Below, piece after piece: positions 24,359 to 34,169 of a stretch of DNA of 64,000 bases. The position numbers were made by a program, and so were the translations under genes. This DNA is from a virus (Duplodnaviria > Caudoviricetes): positions 1,766-65,765 of the IMG/VR virus record IMGVR_UViG_3300034198_027116; one strand, written 5' to 3'. The notes under the pieces were generated by a model. That model made no database searches, was not told where the DNA came from, and saw nothing but the letters and a program-made list of their open reading frames with translations. How positions within the stretch are numbered: the first letter of the stretch is position 1; the number at the start of each line of letters is the position of its first letter.

Positions 24359-25188
24359 AGCGGCAACTCTCCTTCGATGTAGTCCTTGGTCCACTCGGCG
24401 GCGACGCAGTCGATCTGAAAAGAGCAGGATCGGCAGTCTGGGTTTGCTGGCGCCTGCGGCAGGGGATCCGGCAACTTCTCTGCGTCGTAATAGTGACGTA
24501 ACGCTGCGAGACGAGCCTCCAGAGCGGCCGCTACGTCGGAGTCTGCGTCCACCTTCACCTCTAGGTAGTCCTGCGATCCCTTGTCCTCGTAGAACAGCAT
24601 CGCCTTGTCGATGCCCGACGCCTGCATGTAAGCCAGCAGCTGCATCTGATACGCGCGGTACGGTGCGGCGTCCTGCTTGATCGACGAAAAAACTCGGGGG
24701 TTCGCCCCCTTGATGTCGACTATCCATAGCTCGCCGTCGATCAGCAGCACGCAGTCGATGGTGCCACGAACCATCTGATCTGGCATCTCTACCCCGACCT
24801 CTAGGAGTAGTTCGCCTCCTTCGTCGAGCACGATGCCCGTTCCGGGCACCCAGCTTCCGCGCGCCACCAGACCCATCTCCACGAACAACGCCTGCCACCG
24901 CAGATGGCGCCAGTTACCGTCGAAGAAGATGTTTGCCAACCTCGCGTCTGGCACCTCCTCCTGCGGGTATCCCAGCAGCTGGAAGAACTGTTGCCGCATG
25001 CAGCGATCTAGCCCACTCGCGCTAAAGCTACGAGAACGAGAGCGCGGGGGCTTGACAGCCAACGCTACTATCGCTTGCAAGGTATCGCTGGAGAACTGTG
25101 GAGTACCCAGGCGCAGAAACGCGTCTACTCGGGGCGTCAGCACGTCACCCCGTCGGTGCTGCAGCAGCCTCTTTCTGATGTTACTCAT
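24355..25188 (-). CDS. Cas4-like PD-(D/E)xK exonuclease
   Basis: SASGLDRC, GTID, DIK, Q..AY, CRSC....DC. Confidence 0.85.
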   Translation of the reverse strand: MSNIRKRLLQHRRGDVLTPRVDAFLRLGTPQFSSDTLQAIVALAVKPPRSRSRSFSASGLDRCMRQQFFQLLGYPQEEVPDARLANIFFDGNWRHLRWQALFVEMGLVARGSWVPGTGIVLDEGGELLLEVGVEMPDQMVRGTIDCVLLIDGELWIVDIKGANPRVFSSIKQDAAPYRAYQMQLLAYMQASGIDKAMLFYEDKGSQDYLEVKVDADSDVAAALEARLAALRHYYDAEKLPDPLPQAPANPDCRSCSFQIDCVAAEWTKDYIEGELPL

Positions 25189-25543
25189 CGCCGCGCTCTA
25201 ACTCGCGCAAGTCGTCCAGCCTCACGACGGCCCAGGTCTCCCCGCGATCTCCGTCCTTCCAAAAGGTAACCGCTAGCATCGGGCGGCGACCCTCTCGCAG
25301 CGCTCGTTCGGTCAGATCCTTGGTCAGCGATAGCTTGACGCCGTACGAGGCGGCCGAGGTCTCCTTGGAGTCCACGAGCCAGCGATCTGCAGCTACGTCA
25401 AAGGGCAGGTTCCCCGCCCCGGACATGGCTCGACGACGTCCTCCGCTGAGCTTAGCGGCGATGTCGCTCTCACCTGGCAGAGAGCTGAAGCCCTTCTTGC
25501 CCGGCTCCGGGCGTTCTGGGCGAGCCCAGTTAGGCAGCTTCAC
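25181..25543 (-). CDS. Hjc-like PD-(D/E)xK Holliday-junction resolvase
   Basis: SGAG...DV...LVDSKET. Confidence 0.65.
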   Translation of the reverse strand: MKLPNWARPERPEPGKKGFSSLPGESDIAAKLSGGRRRAMSGAGNLPFDVAADRWLVDSKETSAASYGVKLSLTKDLTERALREGRRPMLAVTFWKDGDRGETWAVVRLDDLRELERGDE

Positions 25544-25812
25544 AGCGGTAGCACTCCCTTGGCGGCGGAGCGATAACGCTGAACAAGCTCTATCGCGTCG
25601 CTCGTGGTCGTTGCCTCCTTGGCGTGCTCCATCACCTCTTCGGCAACCGAGCTAGCAGCCATCTCGTCGAGGCCTAGCACCGTGATCCCGTACGTCATCA
25701 GCGATACGTGCATCGCCATGTTGGCGGCCATACGCGTGCTCTGAGCGCCCATGGCCGTATCGTAGATCATGGGGGCGATGGTACCGACGCTGCTGGTGGT
25801 GCCGTTACTCAT
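25540..25812 (-). CDS. hypothetical protein
   Basis: Coupled ORF. Confidence 0.65.
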   Translation of the reverse strand: MSNGTTSSVGTIAPMIYDTAMGAQSTRMAANMAMHVSLMTYGITVLGLDEMAASSVAEEVMEHAKEATTTSDAIELVQRYRSAAKGVLPL

Positions 25813-26881
25813 CAGCTTCGTCTTCTGCGTCGTCGTCCTCGGGTACGCCGTCGTCGCTGTCGTCGGTCATGGGCAGCACGCCGTCGCGGAGTAGGTCATC
25901 GACCATCTGCCCAAGCTCGTCCGGGTTCTCGGCGATCTTCTTGAGCGCCCCCTTGGCGAAGCGCACCCTGTTGTCTCCCCACACGTAGTACTGGCCCTCG
26001 ATCTTGATCAGGCCCATCTCCAACCCGAGGTTCAGGAGCTCGTTGGCCTCGTCGACCAACCCACGCTCCAGGTCAAACAGGAAGATCGCCTCCTGGAAGG
26101 GCTGCCCTACCTTCGACTTCTCGATCTTGGCCTGGATCATCTGAGCAACCTCTACCTTGCCGTTGACGACCTTGCCACCTCTCCAGCGCTTGCGCTCTTC
26201 CTTGATGGTCTCGATGCGGCTAAAGCGCACGCGATGAGTCGCGTAGAAACCGAGAGCCTTTCCGCCCGGCGCGCGCACCGGAGACCCAAACATCACTCCC
26301 ACCGCTTCGCGTAGCTGGTTGATGCAGATCAGAATCGAGTCGGTGTTGGCGCTCGTCAACTTGCGCATCGCCTTGCTCATGAGCGCGGCCTGGCGCGCCA
26401 TCGTCTCCTCGCCCATGCGCCGTTCGGCCTCGGCCTTTGGGACCAAGGCAGCGATGGAGTCCACGACGATGATGAAGTCCCCCTGCAGCAACAGCTGCTC
26501 GATCACGTCGAGCCCCTCGTCACCTCGCAGCGAGCGATCGATGAGCAGCAGGTTCTCTACGTCTACCCCCAGCTGCTCGGCGCGTTCCGGCTCGAAGCTA
26601 CCCTCTAGGTCGTAGAACGCGGCTCGCATGCCGGCGGCCTGAGCGTTTGCGATCGCCTTCAGGGAGAAGTAGGTCTTCAGGGTGGATAGCTCGCCGGAGA
26701 ACTCCACCGTGCGCCCCTTGACGAGGCCACCTCCGAGCGCGCGGTCTAGGGAGCGCGAGCCCGTTGAGACAAAGTCGAGCACGATCTCAGAGGCTCCCAC
26801 GAGAACGTCTCGCTTAGCTCCGCCCTCCTTCCGATAGAAGTCATTGATCTGCTTACGCAGGTCTTCGATGTCAGCTCTCAC
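25805..26881 (-). CDS. recA: RecA/UvsX recombinase
   Basis: STGS..LD.ALGGG, GELSTLKT, VVDSIAAL, INQLR, PGGKALGFYA. Confidence 0.95.
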   Translation of the reverse strand: MRADIEDLRKQINDFYRKEGGAKRDVLVGASEIVLDFVSTGSRSLDRALGGGLVKGRTVEFSGELSTLKTYFSLKAIANAQAAGMRAAFYDLEGSFEPERAEQLGVDVENLLLIDRSLRGDEGLDVIEQLLLQGDFIIVVDSIAALVPKAEAERRMGEETMARQAALMSKAMRKLTSANTDSILICINQLREAVGVMFGSPVRAPGGKALGFYATHRVRFSRIETIKEERKRWRGGKVVNGKVEVAQMIQAKIEKSKVGQPFQEAIFLFDLERGLVDEANELLNLGLEMGLIKIEGQYYVWGDNRVRFAKGALKKIAENPDELGQMVDDLLRDGVLPMTDDSDDGVPEDDDAEDEADE

Positions 26882-29555
26882 CGTGATTCTCCTTTGCTGT
26901 CTTCTTCTTCTGAGCGGTTAGCTCGGCCACCGCGTCTACCAGAGCCTGCTCGTCCTCGATTCCGAGGCTAGCTAGGGCGCGGGCGCGAGCCAGCTTCTTG
27001 AGCACGCCGACGTTGCACGCGGTCGGGCTCACGTTGTTACGCAGTTCTTCGAGAGAGTGGAAGGGGCGAGCGGCAGCGATCGCCTGGGCTGCCTTCTCGC
27101 CTACCCCGCCTACCGACGTGAGGCCGCGCCGAAGTGCCGTACCCTCGATCTGCCAGGTGACTCCCGACCGCATGATGCAGGCCGGCAGCACCTTGATGTT
27201 GTCCTTGCGAGCCAGGCGAACGTACAGCTGCTGATCGGTCTTGGCCGTCTGGGTCTCGAGCGTTGCGCAGTAGAACTCCAGCGGGTGGTTGGCCTTCAGA
27301 TAGGCCATGCGGTACCCGAAGCGTGCGTATGCGTACGAGTGCGAGCGGTTGAAGCCGTATCGGGTGTAGCCCTCCATCAGCTCCCAGAGCTGCTCTACTA
27401 GGTCGGGCTCCTTCTCGGCGATGCGCCGACGCACCTCAGCCATGAGCGTGGCGTCCTTCTTCTTGACCGCTCGCAGCATGGTCATCACGTCGTCGGCTGA
27501 AAATCCCAGGCCCTTCATCACCTGGATGACCTGCTCCTGGTACACCGCGATGCCGTAGGTCTCCTTGAGCACCGAAGCGAGCACGGGATGCCAGCTATCC
27601 GGCGGCACCCACTTGGCAGCTCGTCGATCTAGGTAGAGCTGCTCGAGGCCTAACTCTAGGCACGACGGGCGCCACATGGCGGCTACGAGTGAGCAGTCAT
27701 CGATGTTCTTCGGCTTGAGCAGCTTGCATCCCTTCTTGGCCGACCATCCCTGGAACGTAAAGACTCCATCGGTATCACCACGCCCGATCAACTTGATGGT
27801 CTCTCGGTCGCGCTCAGGAATCCAGTTCCAGTCTCGCTTCTCCATCAACTCTAGGCAGCGGCGAACGGTGCGCAGGCTGCGAACGCCCAGGATGTCCACC
27901 TTTACGAATCCCAGAGATTCGATCGCATCCATGCTGTACTGCGTTACCCAGCGATCAGACGACGAGATCATCATCATGGGAACCAGGTCAGCTACCGGGC
28001 GACGCGCCGTCTCGGCGATGACGCCCGCGGGGTGCCCACCGAAGGCTCGCTTGAGCCCTGTGATCTTAGAGAGCATCAGCCTACCTCGCTCACTATCGAG
28101 GGCGTCGTCGTCGGTCTCGAGCTCAAGCGCGGGGTTCTCCCGCTTGAGCTGTGCAGCTATCTCGTTGCGCGCGGATCGATCTGCGTAGGTCAGGTTGGTG
28201 CCGATCTGCGTAGTGGCAAAGCGGCGCGACACGTACTCGAGCACCTCGTCGCGCCGATGATCTTCCACGTCTAGATCGATGTCCGGCGGCTTAGAGCGAT
28301 CGTTCGACAGGAATCGCTCGAACAACAGCTTGTGCTCGATGGGATCCATCTGAGTGATGTTGAGCAGGTGGCACACCAGCGAACCACTCGCCGAACCGCG
28401 GGCGATTACGAAGATATCGTTGTCCTCGCAGAACTTGACGATGAGGCGTACCAGCAGGAAGTACTGGGCGAAGCCGGTATCGCGGATCACCCCCATCTCG
28501 GTCGCGTAGCGCTGACGGTAAGCCTCGCGCTTCGAGGCTGGAGCTGACTCCACAAGGGCCTTGAGCGGAGGCTGGGTGATGGCGAGCAGCGCTCTTAGCG
28601 CGTCGCCCTCGACGACCTCTGGAACCTCGTAGGAATAGGTATCCAACGGCGGGAAGGACATGCCGGAGCAGTCTGCGCGAAGGGCGTCTAGACCGCGAAG
28701 GGCTTCGGCGAATCGCGTCGCTCCGAGCTGCTGTTCAAGCAACTCTGGGCCACAGAGGTGAAAGCCGGTCGTGCCGTTGAACTGAGCCCCGCTGGCCTTC
28801 TTGTAAGCCAATCCCTTGAAGAAGTTATGCACCTCGAGATCATCTGGTTCTAGATAGTGCACGTCGTGCGCGGCGATTACCGGAATGGACAGGCGCTGAC
28901 CGAGGTCCCAGAGGTAGTCGACCACCTGGTCGTCTTCCTCGATGCCGTGATGCTGAAGTTCGATCGCGAACCGCTCGCCGTATAGGTCGCGGTAGTGGCG
29001 CGCTCGCCGCTCGGCGTGTTCCTCGCGTCCCTGGATGATGAGTTTGGGGATCTCGCCGTTGAGACACCCCGTCGTTAGCCATACGTGACCGCCCTGAGCC
29101 AGTTCTTCGATGTCGGAAAACTGAAAGAGAGGCTTGAAGTAGCCCTGCTGAAATGATCTACTAGCCGCTCGGCACAACATCTGGTAACCGGTAAAGTCTC
29201 TCGCCATCAGCAGGCAGTGACGACGCATCTTGGCCGCCTGCCCAGCGACCGTGGTCGCGTGCTTGCGCTGGCCGTTCTCCCTAGCCTCCTTGTTTATCGC
29301 GTCGGTCTTCTCCTTGGCGAGAGCGCGGTGCTCTTCGACGTCGGGAACCATGTAGGCCTCGATGCCAAGGATGGGTAGCACGTCGAAGCTTCTGCAGGCC
29401 TGATAGAACTCCACGCATCCCGCCATGGTGCCGTGATCGGTCAACGCCATGGCGGGCTGACCCATCTCCGCGGCTCGCTTCGCCGCCTCCTTGATCCTGA
29501 GGATCGCATCGTTGACGCTGTACTCAGAGTGAAGGTGTGAGTGAAAGAAGCTCAA
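26871..29555 (-). CDS. dnaE: DNA polymerase III alpha subunit (DnaE-type; PHP + polymerase + HhH)
   Basis: HLHSEYS, ALTDHG, RGSASGS, FERFL, PDIDLD, KVDILG, YQEQ, YGFNRSH; TTG start at 29555. Confidence 0.95.
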   Translation of the reverse strand: MSFFHSHLHSEYSVNDAILRIKEAAKRAAEMGQPAMALTDHGTMAGCVEFYQACRSFDVLPILGIEAYMVPDVEEHRALAKEKTDAINKEARENGQRKHATTVAGQAAKMRRHCLLMARDFTGYQMLCRAASRSFQQGYFKPLFQFSDIEELAQGGHVWLTTGCLNGEIPKLIIQGREEHAERRARHYRDLYGERFAIELQHHGIEEDDQVVDYLWDLGQRLSIPVIAAHDVHYLEPDDLEVHNFFKGLAYKKASGAQFNGTTGFHLCGPELLEQQLGATRFAEALRGLDALRADCSGMSFPPLDTYSYEVPEVVEGDALRALLAITQPPLKALVESAPASKREAYRQRYATEMGVIRDTGFAQYFLLVRLIVKFCEDNDIFVIARGSASGSLVCHLLNITQMDPIEHKLLFERFLSNDRSKPPDIDLDVEDHRRDEVLEYVSRRFATTQIGTNLTYADRSARNEIAAQLKRENPALELETDDDALDSERGRLMLSKITGLKRAFGGHPAGVIAETARRPVADLVPMMMISSSDRWVTQYSMDAIESLGFVKVDILGVRSLRTVRRCLELMEKRDWNWIPERDRETIKLIGRGDTDGVFTFQGWSAKKGCKLLKPKNIDDCSLVAAMWRPSCLELGLEQLYLDRRAAKWVPPDSWHPVLASVLKETYGIAVYQEQVIQVMKGLGFSADDVMTMLRAVKKKDATLMAEVRRRIAEKEPDLVEQLWELMEGYTRYGFNRSHSYAYARFGYRMAYLKANHPLEFYCATLETQTAKTDQQLYVRLARKDNIKVLPACIMRSGVTWQIEGTALRRGLTSVGGVGEKAAQAIAAARPFHSLEELRNNVSPTACNVGVLKKLARARALASLGIEDEQALVDAVAELTAQKKKTAKENHGES

Positions 29556-29896
29556 GACTGGATCGCCCGGAGCACGCACAGTCCCGTAAGCGCGCCGCCG
29601 AGAGCGAGAAAGCCTCCGCCTACTCCCCAGATGGCAGTCGCCCCCGCAGCAAGAGACATCGTCGCAGCCAGTCCATAGAAGTGGCTGTGCTCGGTCATGC
29701 GAGCCTGGCGATCTCGATGGTACTGGATGCTGTCGTCCAGCTGACGCTTGACGTCGTAAACACTTTCGGTGCATGCCGCGCAGGCGGTGACCATCCTGTT
29801 GTCACCGTTCCCGGTGGGGAGGAGCATGAAGGTCAAGCGCTCCTCCCCACCGCAGAACTGACAGGCGATCCCAGTGGGCTCGTCGTCTTCGTCCAT
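29552..29896 (-). CDS. zinc-finger membrane protein
   Basis: CQFC...CAAC; C-terminal hydrophobic helices. Confidence 0.6.
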   Translation of the reverse strand: MDEDDEPTGIACQFCGGEERLTFMLLPTGNGDNRMVTACAACTESVYDVKRQLDDSIQYHRDRQARMTEHSHFYGLAATMSLAAGATAIWGVGGGFLALGGALTGLCVLRAIQS

Positions 29897-30750
29897 TACT
29901 TCTTAGCGACCAGGCACTCGGAGACGTCGAAGGAGCAGATGGTGCACTTCCCGTCGGCGCCCTTGTCGCACGGGAGACCGTTGGCCTTGGCTGCGGCCCA
30001 CGCGTCGTCGGCGGGGGCATCCTCCTCCCAGGGGAGAGGATCGGTCTCGGCATCTCCGAACTTGGCCTTCAGCTCGGCCTCCTTCTTCGCGTCCTCGTCC
30101 GCCTTGCGCTGGGCGCGCTCGGCCGCCGCGTCCTGGGCGCGCTGCGTCGCGTCGGCATCCTCGTCGAGGGTGTTGCCGCCGTTGCTGCGCTCGTACTCCT
30201 CGGCGTAGTCCGTGCCGTGGTAGCGGTCCGCCTCCTGAAGCAGGAAGAGGGTCATGTCGTGCAGCTTGCTAGAGAAGCGGGCCAGGTCCATCGGTTCCGG
30301 GTCGTCCGGCTCGATGTCGTAGACGGTCTGCAGGCCGGTGCCTGAGCGCACGATCTCGTAGTTGCGGTCGGTGAGGTTCTCGTACCGGTTGAACCGCATC
30401 ATCAGGCGATTGGTCAGGTCCTGGTTCATCTTCAGGAGCTGCACCTGCATGGTCTCGATGTTGAGGACGTTGGCCATGTGGCGCAACGACGTGCGCCGAA
30501 CGCGCTCGTCGGGATGAGACGAGAGTGGGTCAGGATCGAGAGCCGGCACGAACATCTTGCTATCGGGCACGTAGTGCTCGTAGAAGATCATCCACTCGTC
30601 GGGGTTCTGGAGAAAGCGAACCTTGACCGGCTCGTCTTCCCTGATCAGCAGCAGCTTTCGCGAGTTCCCCGCTCCGCTCGCCGCGGTGAGATTCTGGCGC
30701 AGCTTCTGCACCGAGCCGGCGATACCGCCGGCCAACGGACTATTGGACAT
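29896..30750 (-). CDS. phage single-stranded DNA-binding protein (gp32-like)
   Basis: GGAGG RBS; KVRFL...YEHY...DRNYEIVRSGTGLQTVY; acidic tail; located between primase and polymerase. Confidence 0.72.
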   Translation of the reverse strand: MSNSPLAGGIAGSVQKLRQNLTAASGAGNSRKLLLIREDEPVKVRFLQNPDEWMIFYEHYVPDSKMFVPALDPDPLSSHPDERVRRTSLRHMANVLNIETMQVQLLKMNQDLTNRLMMRFNRYENLTDRNYEIVRSGTGLQTVYDIEPDDPEPMDLARFSSKLHDMTLFLLQEADRYHGTDYAEEYERSNGGNTLDEDADATQRAQDAAAERAQRKADEDAKKEAELKAKFGDAETDPLPWEEDAPADDAWAAAKANGLPCDKGADGKCTICSFDVSECLVAKK

Positions 30751-30784
30751 CCTCAGCCTCCTTGGGCTTCCCTTTTGACTAACT

Positions 30785-31744
30785 CTACCAGGTGTGGTCG
30801 CGGGACAGTAGCATGCTGCGCGACCAAGTGGAACTAGGAATCGCTCTGTCGATAGCCCCTGCGATCTCCTCATCGCTCAAGCCATCAGGGTCCTTGGCCT
30901 CCGAGTTGCGCGGGTACCTGGCGATGCGGAACAACCTGCTGTGCTGGGCGACCATTCGACGAGTAGCCGCCTCGCCGGCAGGATCGCGATCGAAGAAGGT
31001 GACTACCCGCAGACTACGGAGCGCCGCTAGCTGCTGATCGAACACGCCGCTACCCAGCAGGGCCACGACGTTCGTGTATCCGGCTTGCCACACGCGCATC
31101 GCGTCGATGGACCCCTCGGTGACTATAACCTCGCGTCGAGGATCTACTCGATGCAGGTTGAAGACTGCCGATCTAAGGGGAAATCCCTTCGGATATCGGT
31201 AGCGTGGACCATCGTGGTCTGGCAGAGTAGCTCGCCGAATGAGATAACGTGCGACCCCGTCGGCGTCGCGATAAGGAATCACGGCGGTCGACGTCTCGTC
31301 ATCGAACCCGAGATCGAACGCGTCGATAGTAGCCGAAGCTAGTCCGCGCTCCGAAGCCCAGTAGCGCGTGCTTCGCATCTCGTCTATCAGCGCCTGCGAG
31401 ATTTGGCGTGGCGCCACCTCGGGCGAGCGAAACTCCGCGAGTCGTTCGCGAACCGCCTGGACGCGCCGCTTGCCGCCCATCGATAGCTCGGCTGCCACGG
31501 CCTCTAGATCGATGCCGCTGATCTTGGCCACGAGCTCAAACGCAGAACCCTTTTCGCCGCAGGCTGTGCTCATGCAGATGAAGACACCCTTGCGTACGTT
31601 TAGGTACAGGTCGGGCTTGTTGGTGCCAGAGTCCTGATGGAAGGGGCATACGCACTGCCACTCGTCGCCCATGCGGTTACGCACATCGAGTTCCGCCTCA
31701 GCCCATTCCGCCAGGCGATCGGGATCAACGCGCCGTTTGTTCAC
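30785..31744 (-). CDS. dnaG: DNA primase (CHC2 zinc finger + TOPRIM)
   Basis: CPFH..., CMSTAC, VTEGSIDA, FDRDPAG, KDPD. Confidence 0.92.
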   Translation of the reverse strand: MNKRRVDPDRLAEWAEAELDVRNRMGDEWQCVCPFHQDSGTNKPDLYLNVRKGVFICMSTACGEKGSAFELVAKISGIDLEAVAAELSMGGKRRVQAVRERLAEFRSPEVAPRQISQALIDEMRSTRYWASERGLASATIDAFDLGFDDETSTAVIPYRDADGVARYLIRRATLPDHDGPRYRYPKGFPLRSAVFNLHRVDPRREVIVTEGSIDAMRVWQAGYTNVVALLGSGVFDQQLAALRSLRVVTFFDRDPAGEAATRRMVAQHSRLFRIARYPRNSEAKDPDGLSDEEIAGAIDRAIPSSTWSRSMLLSRDHTW

Positions 31745-32067
31745 AGCGGAATATCCTCTTGCTCGTGCTCGACCGCGGTCTCAGATCGCAGAAACTCGAC
31801 GTAGACGGCCGCCTGATCAGGGGTGATCTTCTCCGTCAACTCGACGCCGCTCGACTGCTCGCAGAAGCGCAGCAGCGCACGCTGGCTCGGAGAACACCAC
31901 TCGTTGACCTTTACCAGCTGGCGCGCTAGCTGACTGCTAGCCCAGCCCGGATCGAACATCATCTCGCGTAGTCCCTCGGGCACGGTAGCCACCTCTAGGT
32001 GATGAGCTAGGGCTGACTCGACCTTGCGCAGCAGGGACGCCGAGTTCACTGATCGAGTGCTCGCCAC
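31741..32067 (-). CDS. hypothetical protein
   Basis: Coupled to primase. Confidence 0.6.
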   Translation of the reverse strand: MASTRSVNSASLLRKVESALAHHLEVATVPEGLREMMFDPGWASSQLARQLVKVNEWCSPSQRALLRFCEQSSGVELTEKITPDQAAVYVEFLRSETAVEHEQEDIPL

Positions 32068-32240
32068 AGCTTCTCTAGATCGCCGGGGAATGTGATCACC
32101 CGCACCTCGCCATCTCGGAAGAATCGCAGTTCCGGCATGCGCTCGGTGATCCGAGCGTCTACCCTGCGCTCAATCTCCCAGATTTCCAGTCGATTCCCCT
32201 CGCGCGGAATCGAGCAGATCAATCTCTCTTTTGTCATCAT
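32046..32240 (-). CDS. hypothetical protein
   Basis: GAGGGGG RBS. Confidence 0.55.
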   Translation of the reverse strand: MMTKERLICSIPREGNRLEIWEIERRVDARITERMPELRFFRDGEVRVITFPGDLEKLWRALDQ

Positions 32241-32430
32241 GAGCCCCCTCGAGCTTCTCGACTCTCAACCTAAGATCCACCAGCATCAGCAGCATGCTGA
32301 GGATGACCTCGCTGCCGATCTCCTTGCCGTCCTGCAGCAGGCGCAGCATGCGCATCTCGAGCTCCTTGACGTCCTCTGCAGCCGGCCTCATGCACTCGAC
32401 TATAGCGCGAATGCTCGCGAAATCTGCCAC
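32170..32430 (-). CDS. hypothetical protein, first gene of the leftward replication operon
   Basis: ORF; its start overlaps palindrome copy 3. Confidence 0.5.
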   Translation of the reverse strand: MADFASIRAIVECMRPAAEDVKELEMRMLRLLQDGKEIGSEVILSMLLMLVDLRLRVEKLEGAHDDKREIDLLDSARGESTGNLGD

Positions 32431-32444
32431 GTTGGCATGTTTCG
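32418..32444. repeat. 27-bp palindromic element, copy 3
   Basis: CGAAATCTGCCA-CGT-TGGCATGTTTCG at the primase-operon/helicase divergence. Confidence 0.75.
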
Positions 32445-32547
32445 GTCTGACTAGTACGCTAATCGCTTAGAAGACCTACCGACCCTGGAGAAGTGTGGTA
32501 CCGTCCAATCACTTTCGAGGAGGCAACGGTGCGAACAGGAGAGGAAA

Positions 32548-33831
32548 GTGCGTGACTTTCAACGGCTAGCGCTAGCGGCCATGATCGATTCGGGGTCGAT
32601 CAAATCTGCCCTGGAGGAGGGGGTAAACGAGGAGCACTTTCCCGCGTATGCCGATATCTGGCGCTTCGTTGAGCAGTACGTTCGGCGCAACGGCAAGGCG
32701 CCAACGCGGCAGATCATGGAGGCTCGCTACCCGAAGCTGGATCTTCCTATCGGCCAGCAAGAGGAGGTCGGCGCCCTGCTGGAGCACCTCAAGCACGACT
32801 GGCTGTTTGAGCGCGCCTCTACCATGCTAGACGAAGCGTCGCAGCTGCTGCTCAAGGATGAGCCTCAGCAGGCCGTTGCGTTTCTGCAGGGCAAGGCGCG
32901 CGACCTGTCGGCGTTTGCGAGCACCGGGCAGCAGGACTCAAACCTGCTCCAGGACTGGGACAAGTTCTTCCAGGACGCGGTGGGTCGCATGGCCGCCGTT
33001 CAGGGAGGCGCCATTCGCGGAACGACGACCGGTTTTGCGACGCTCGACGAACGCACCGGTGGCCTAGACTCTGGCGAGCTGGTTACCGTGGTAGCTCGCC
33101 AGGGAGAGGGCAAGTCGTGGGCGCTCATGCACATGGCCGTCTCGGCCGTCATGCAGGGCAAGAAGGTGTGCTTCTTCCCGCTGGAGATGAGCCCTACTCA
33201 GGTCGCGTTTCGCATGCACGTGATGTTTCAGCATCGCCTCGACCCCAGCGGCGCATTGCGCAACAACTCACTCGTTCAGGGCAAGGGCTACAATCTCGCC
33301 GCCTACCGCGCGTTTCTTGAGCGGCTCGCCGAGGAGGTGCCTGGTCAGCTGATTATGTGTCAGTCCGATCGCCGCTTCAGCACCACCCAGGTACTGGCCA
33401 AGCTGCAGGAGCACCAGCCCGACCTAATCGTCATCGACTACCTGACGCTGATGGCGCTAGACAGCCGTGAGCTGGAGGGCTGGAGTGACATCCGCATCCT
33501 GACTAAGGAGCTGAAGTCCCTCGCTACGGAGTTTCAGATCCCCATCATCGTAGCTGCGCAGGCAAACCGCGTTGCTACCAACCGCAAGGGCCCGCCCGAG
33601 CTAGCTGACATCGCTTTCGGAGACGCGATCGGCATGGACTCGGATCGGGTATTGTCGTTCAAGAAGGTGAGCAACCGAGTTACGCACGGACGCGTCATCA
33701 AGAACCGGCATGGCGACGACATGCGGAAGGATCTGTGGCTGTACACGGACTACAACCGGGGGCAGATCATGGAGATCGACCAGAACAGAGCTAGCGAGAT
33801 CATCGACGAAGACAAGGACCACAGCGAATGA
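32548..33831 (+). CDS. dnaB: DnaB-like replicative helicase
   Basis: TGFATLD, ARQGEGKS, LEMS, IDYLTLM, AQANR, DSD..., KNRHG. Confidence 0.95.
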   Translation: MRDFQRLALAAMIDSGSIKSALEEGVNEEHFPAYADIWRFVEQYVRRNGKAPTRQIMEARYPKLDLPIGQQEEVGALLEHLKHDWLFERASTMLDEASQLLLKDEPQQAVAFLQGKARDLSAFASTGQQDSNLLQDWDKFFQDAVGRMAAVQGGAIRGTTTGFATLDERTGGLDSGELVTVVARQGEGKSWALMHMAVSAVMQGKKVCFFPLEMSPTQVAFRMHVMFQHRLDPSGALRNNSLVQGKGYNLAAYRAFLERLAEEVPGQLIMCQSDRRFSTTQVLAKLQEHQPDLIVIDYLTLMALDSRELEGWSDIRILTKELKSLATEFQIPIIVAAQANRVATNRKGPPELADIAFGDAIGMDSDRVLSFKKVSNRVTHGRVIKNRHGDDMRKDLWLYTDYNRGQIMEIDQNRASEIIDEDKDHSE

Positions 33832-34169
33832 ACCTCGACGACCTCCTCAGCCAGTCAGATGAGAGCGATGCGCGCAGGCGCAGCATTCTCTCCGCGTCAA
33901 ACAGAGCGTACGCTAGAGACGGGGACGCGCTCGCGAACTTCAAGAACACCGCGAGCCTCCTGACGCAGGCCGGAATGCCTACGTCGCCCGCTCAGGTCTG
34001 GGGAGTGTTCTTCTTCAAGCACCTCACCGCGATTCTCAAGGCCGCCAGCGATAGCGGCTTCCAGGACCGCGAGCCGATCGGGGGGCGAATCGACGACGCG
34101 CAGATCTACCTAGAGTTGCTTCGGGCCATCCACAGCGAGGGGGACGGGGATGCTGCTCTACGAGAATGA
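33828..34169 (+). CDS. nucleotide-modification-associated (DUF1599/MazG-like) protein
   Basis: AYARDGDALANF...KHL...EPIGGRIDDAQIYL. Confidence 0.65.
   Translation: MNLDDLLSQSDESDARRRSILSASNRAYARDGDALANFKNTASLLTQAGMPTSPAQVWGVFFFKHLTAILKAASDSGFQDREPIGGRIDDAQIYLELLRAIHSEGDGDAALRE

Noticed and set aside
24355-25188. Cas4-like gene as evidence of CRISPR-Cas
   Set aside because: No repeat-spacer array or other cas genes seen; solo Cas4-like exonucleases are common beside phage RecA.
26871-29555. Intein or intron in DnaE, RecA or DnaB
   Set aside because: Lengths and motif spacing are normal; no intein terminal motifs or frame breaks seen.
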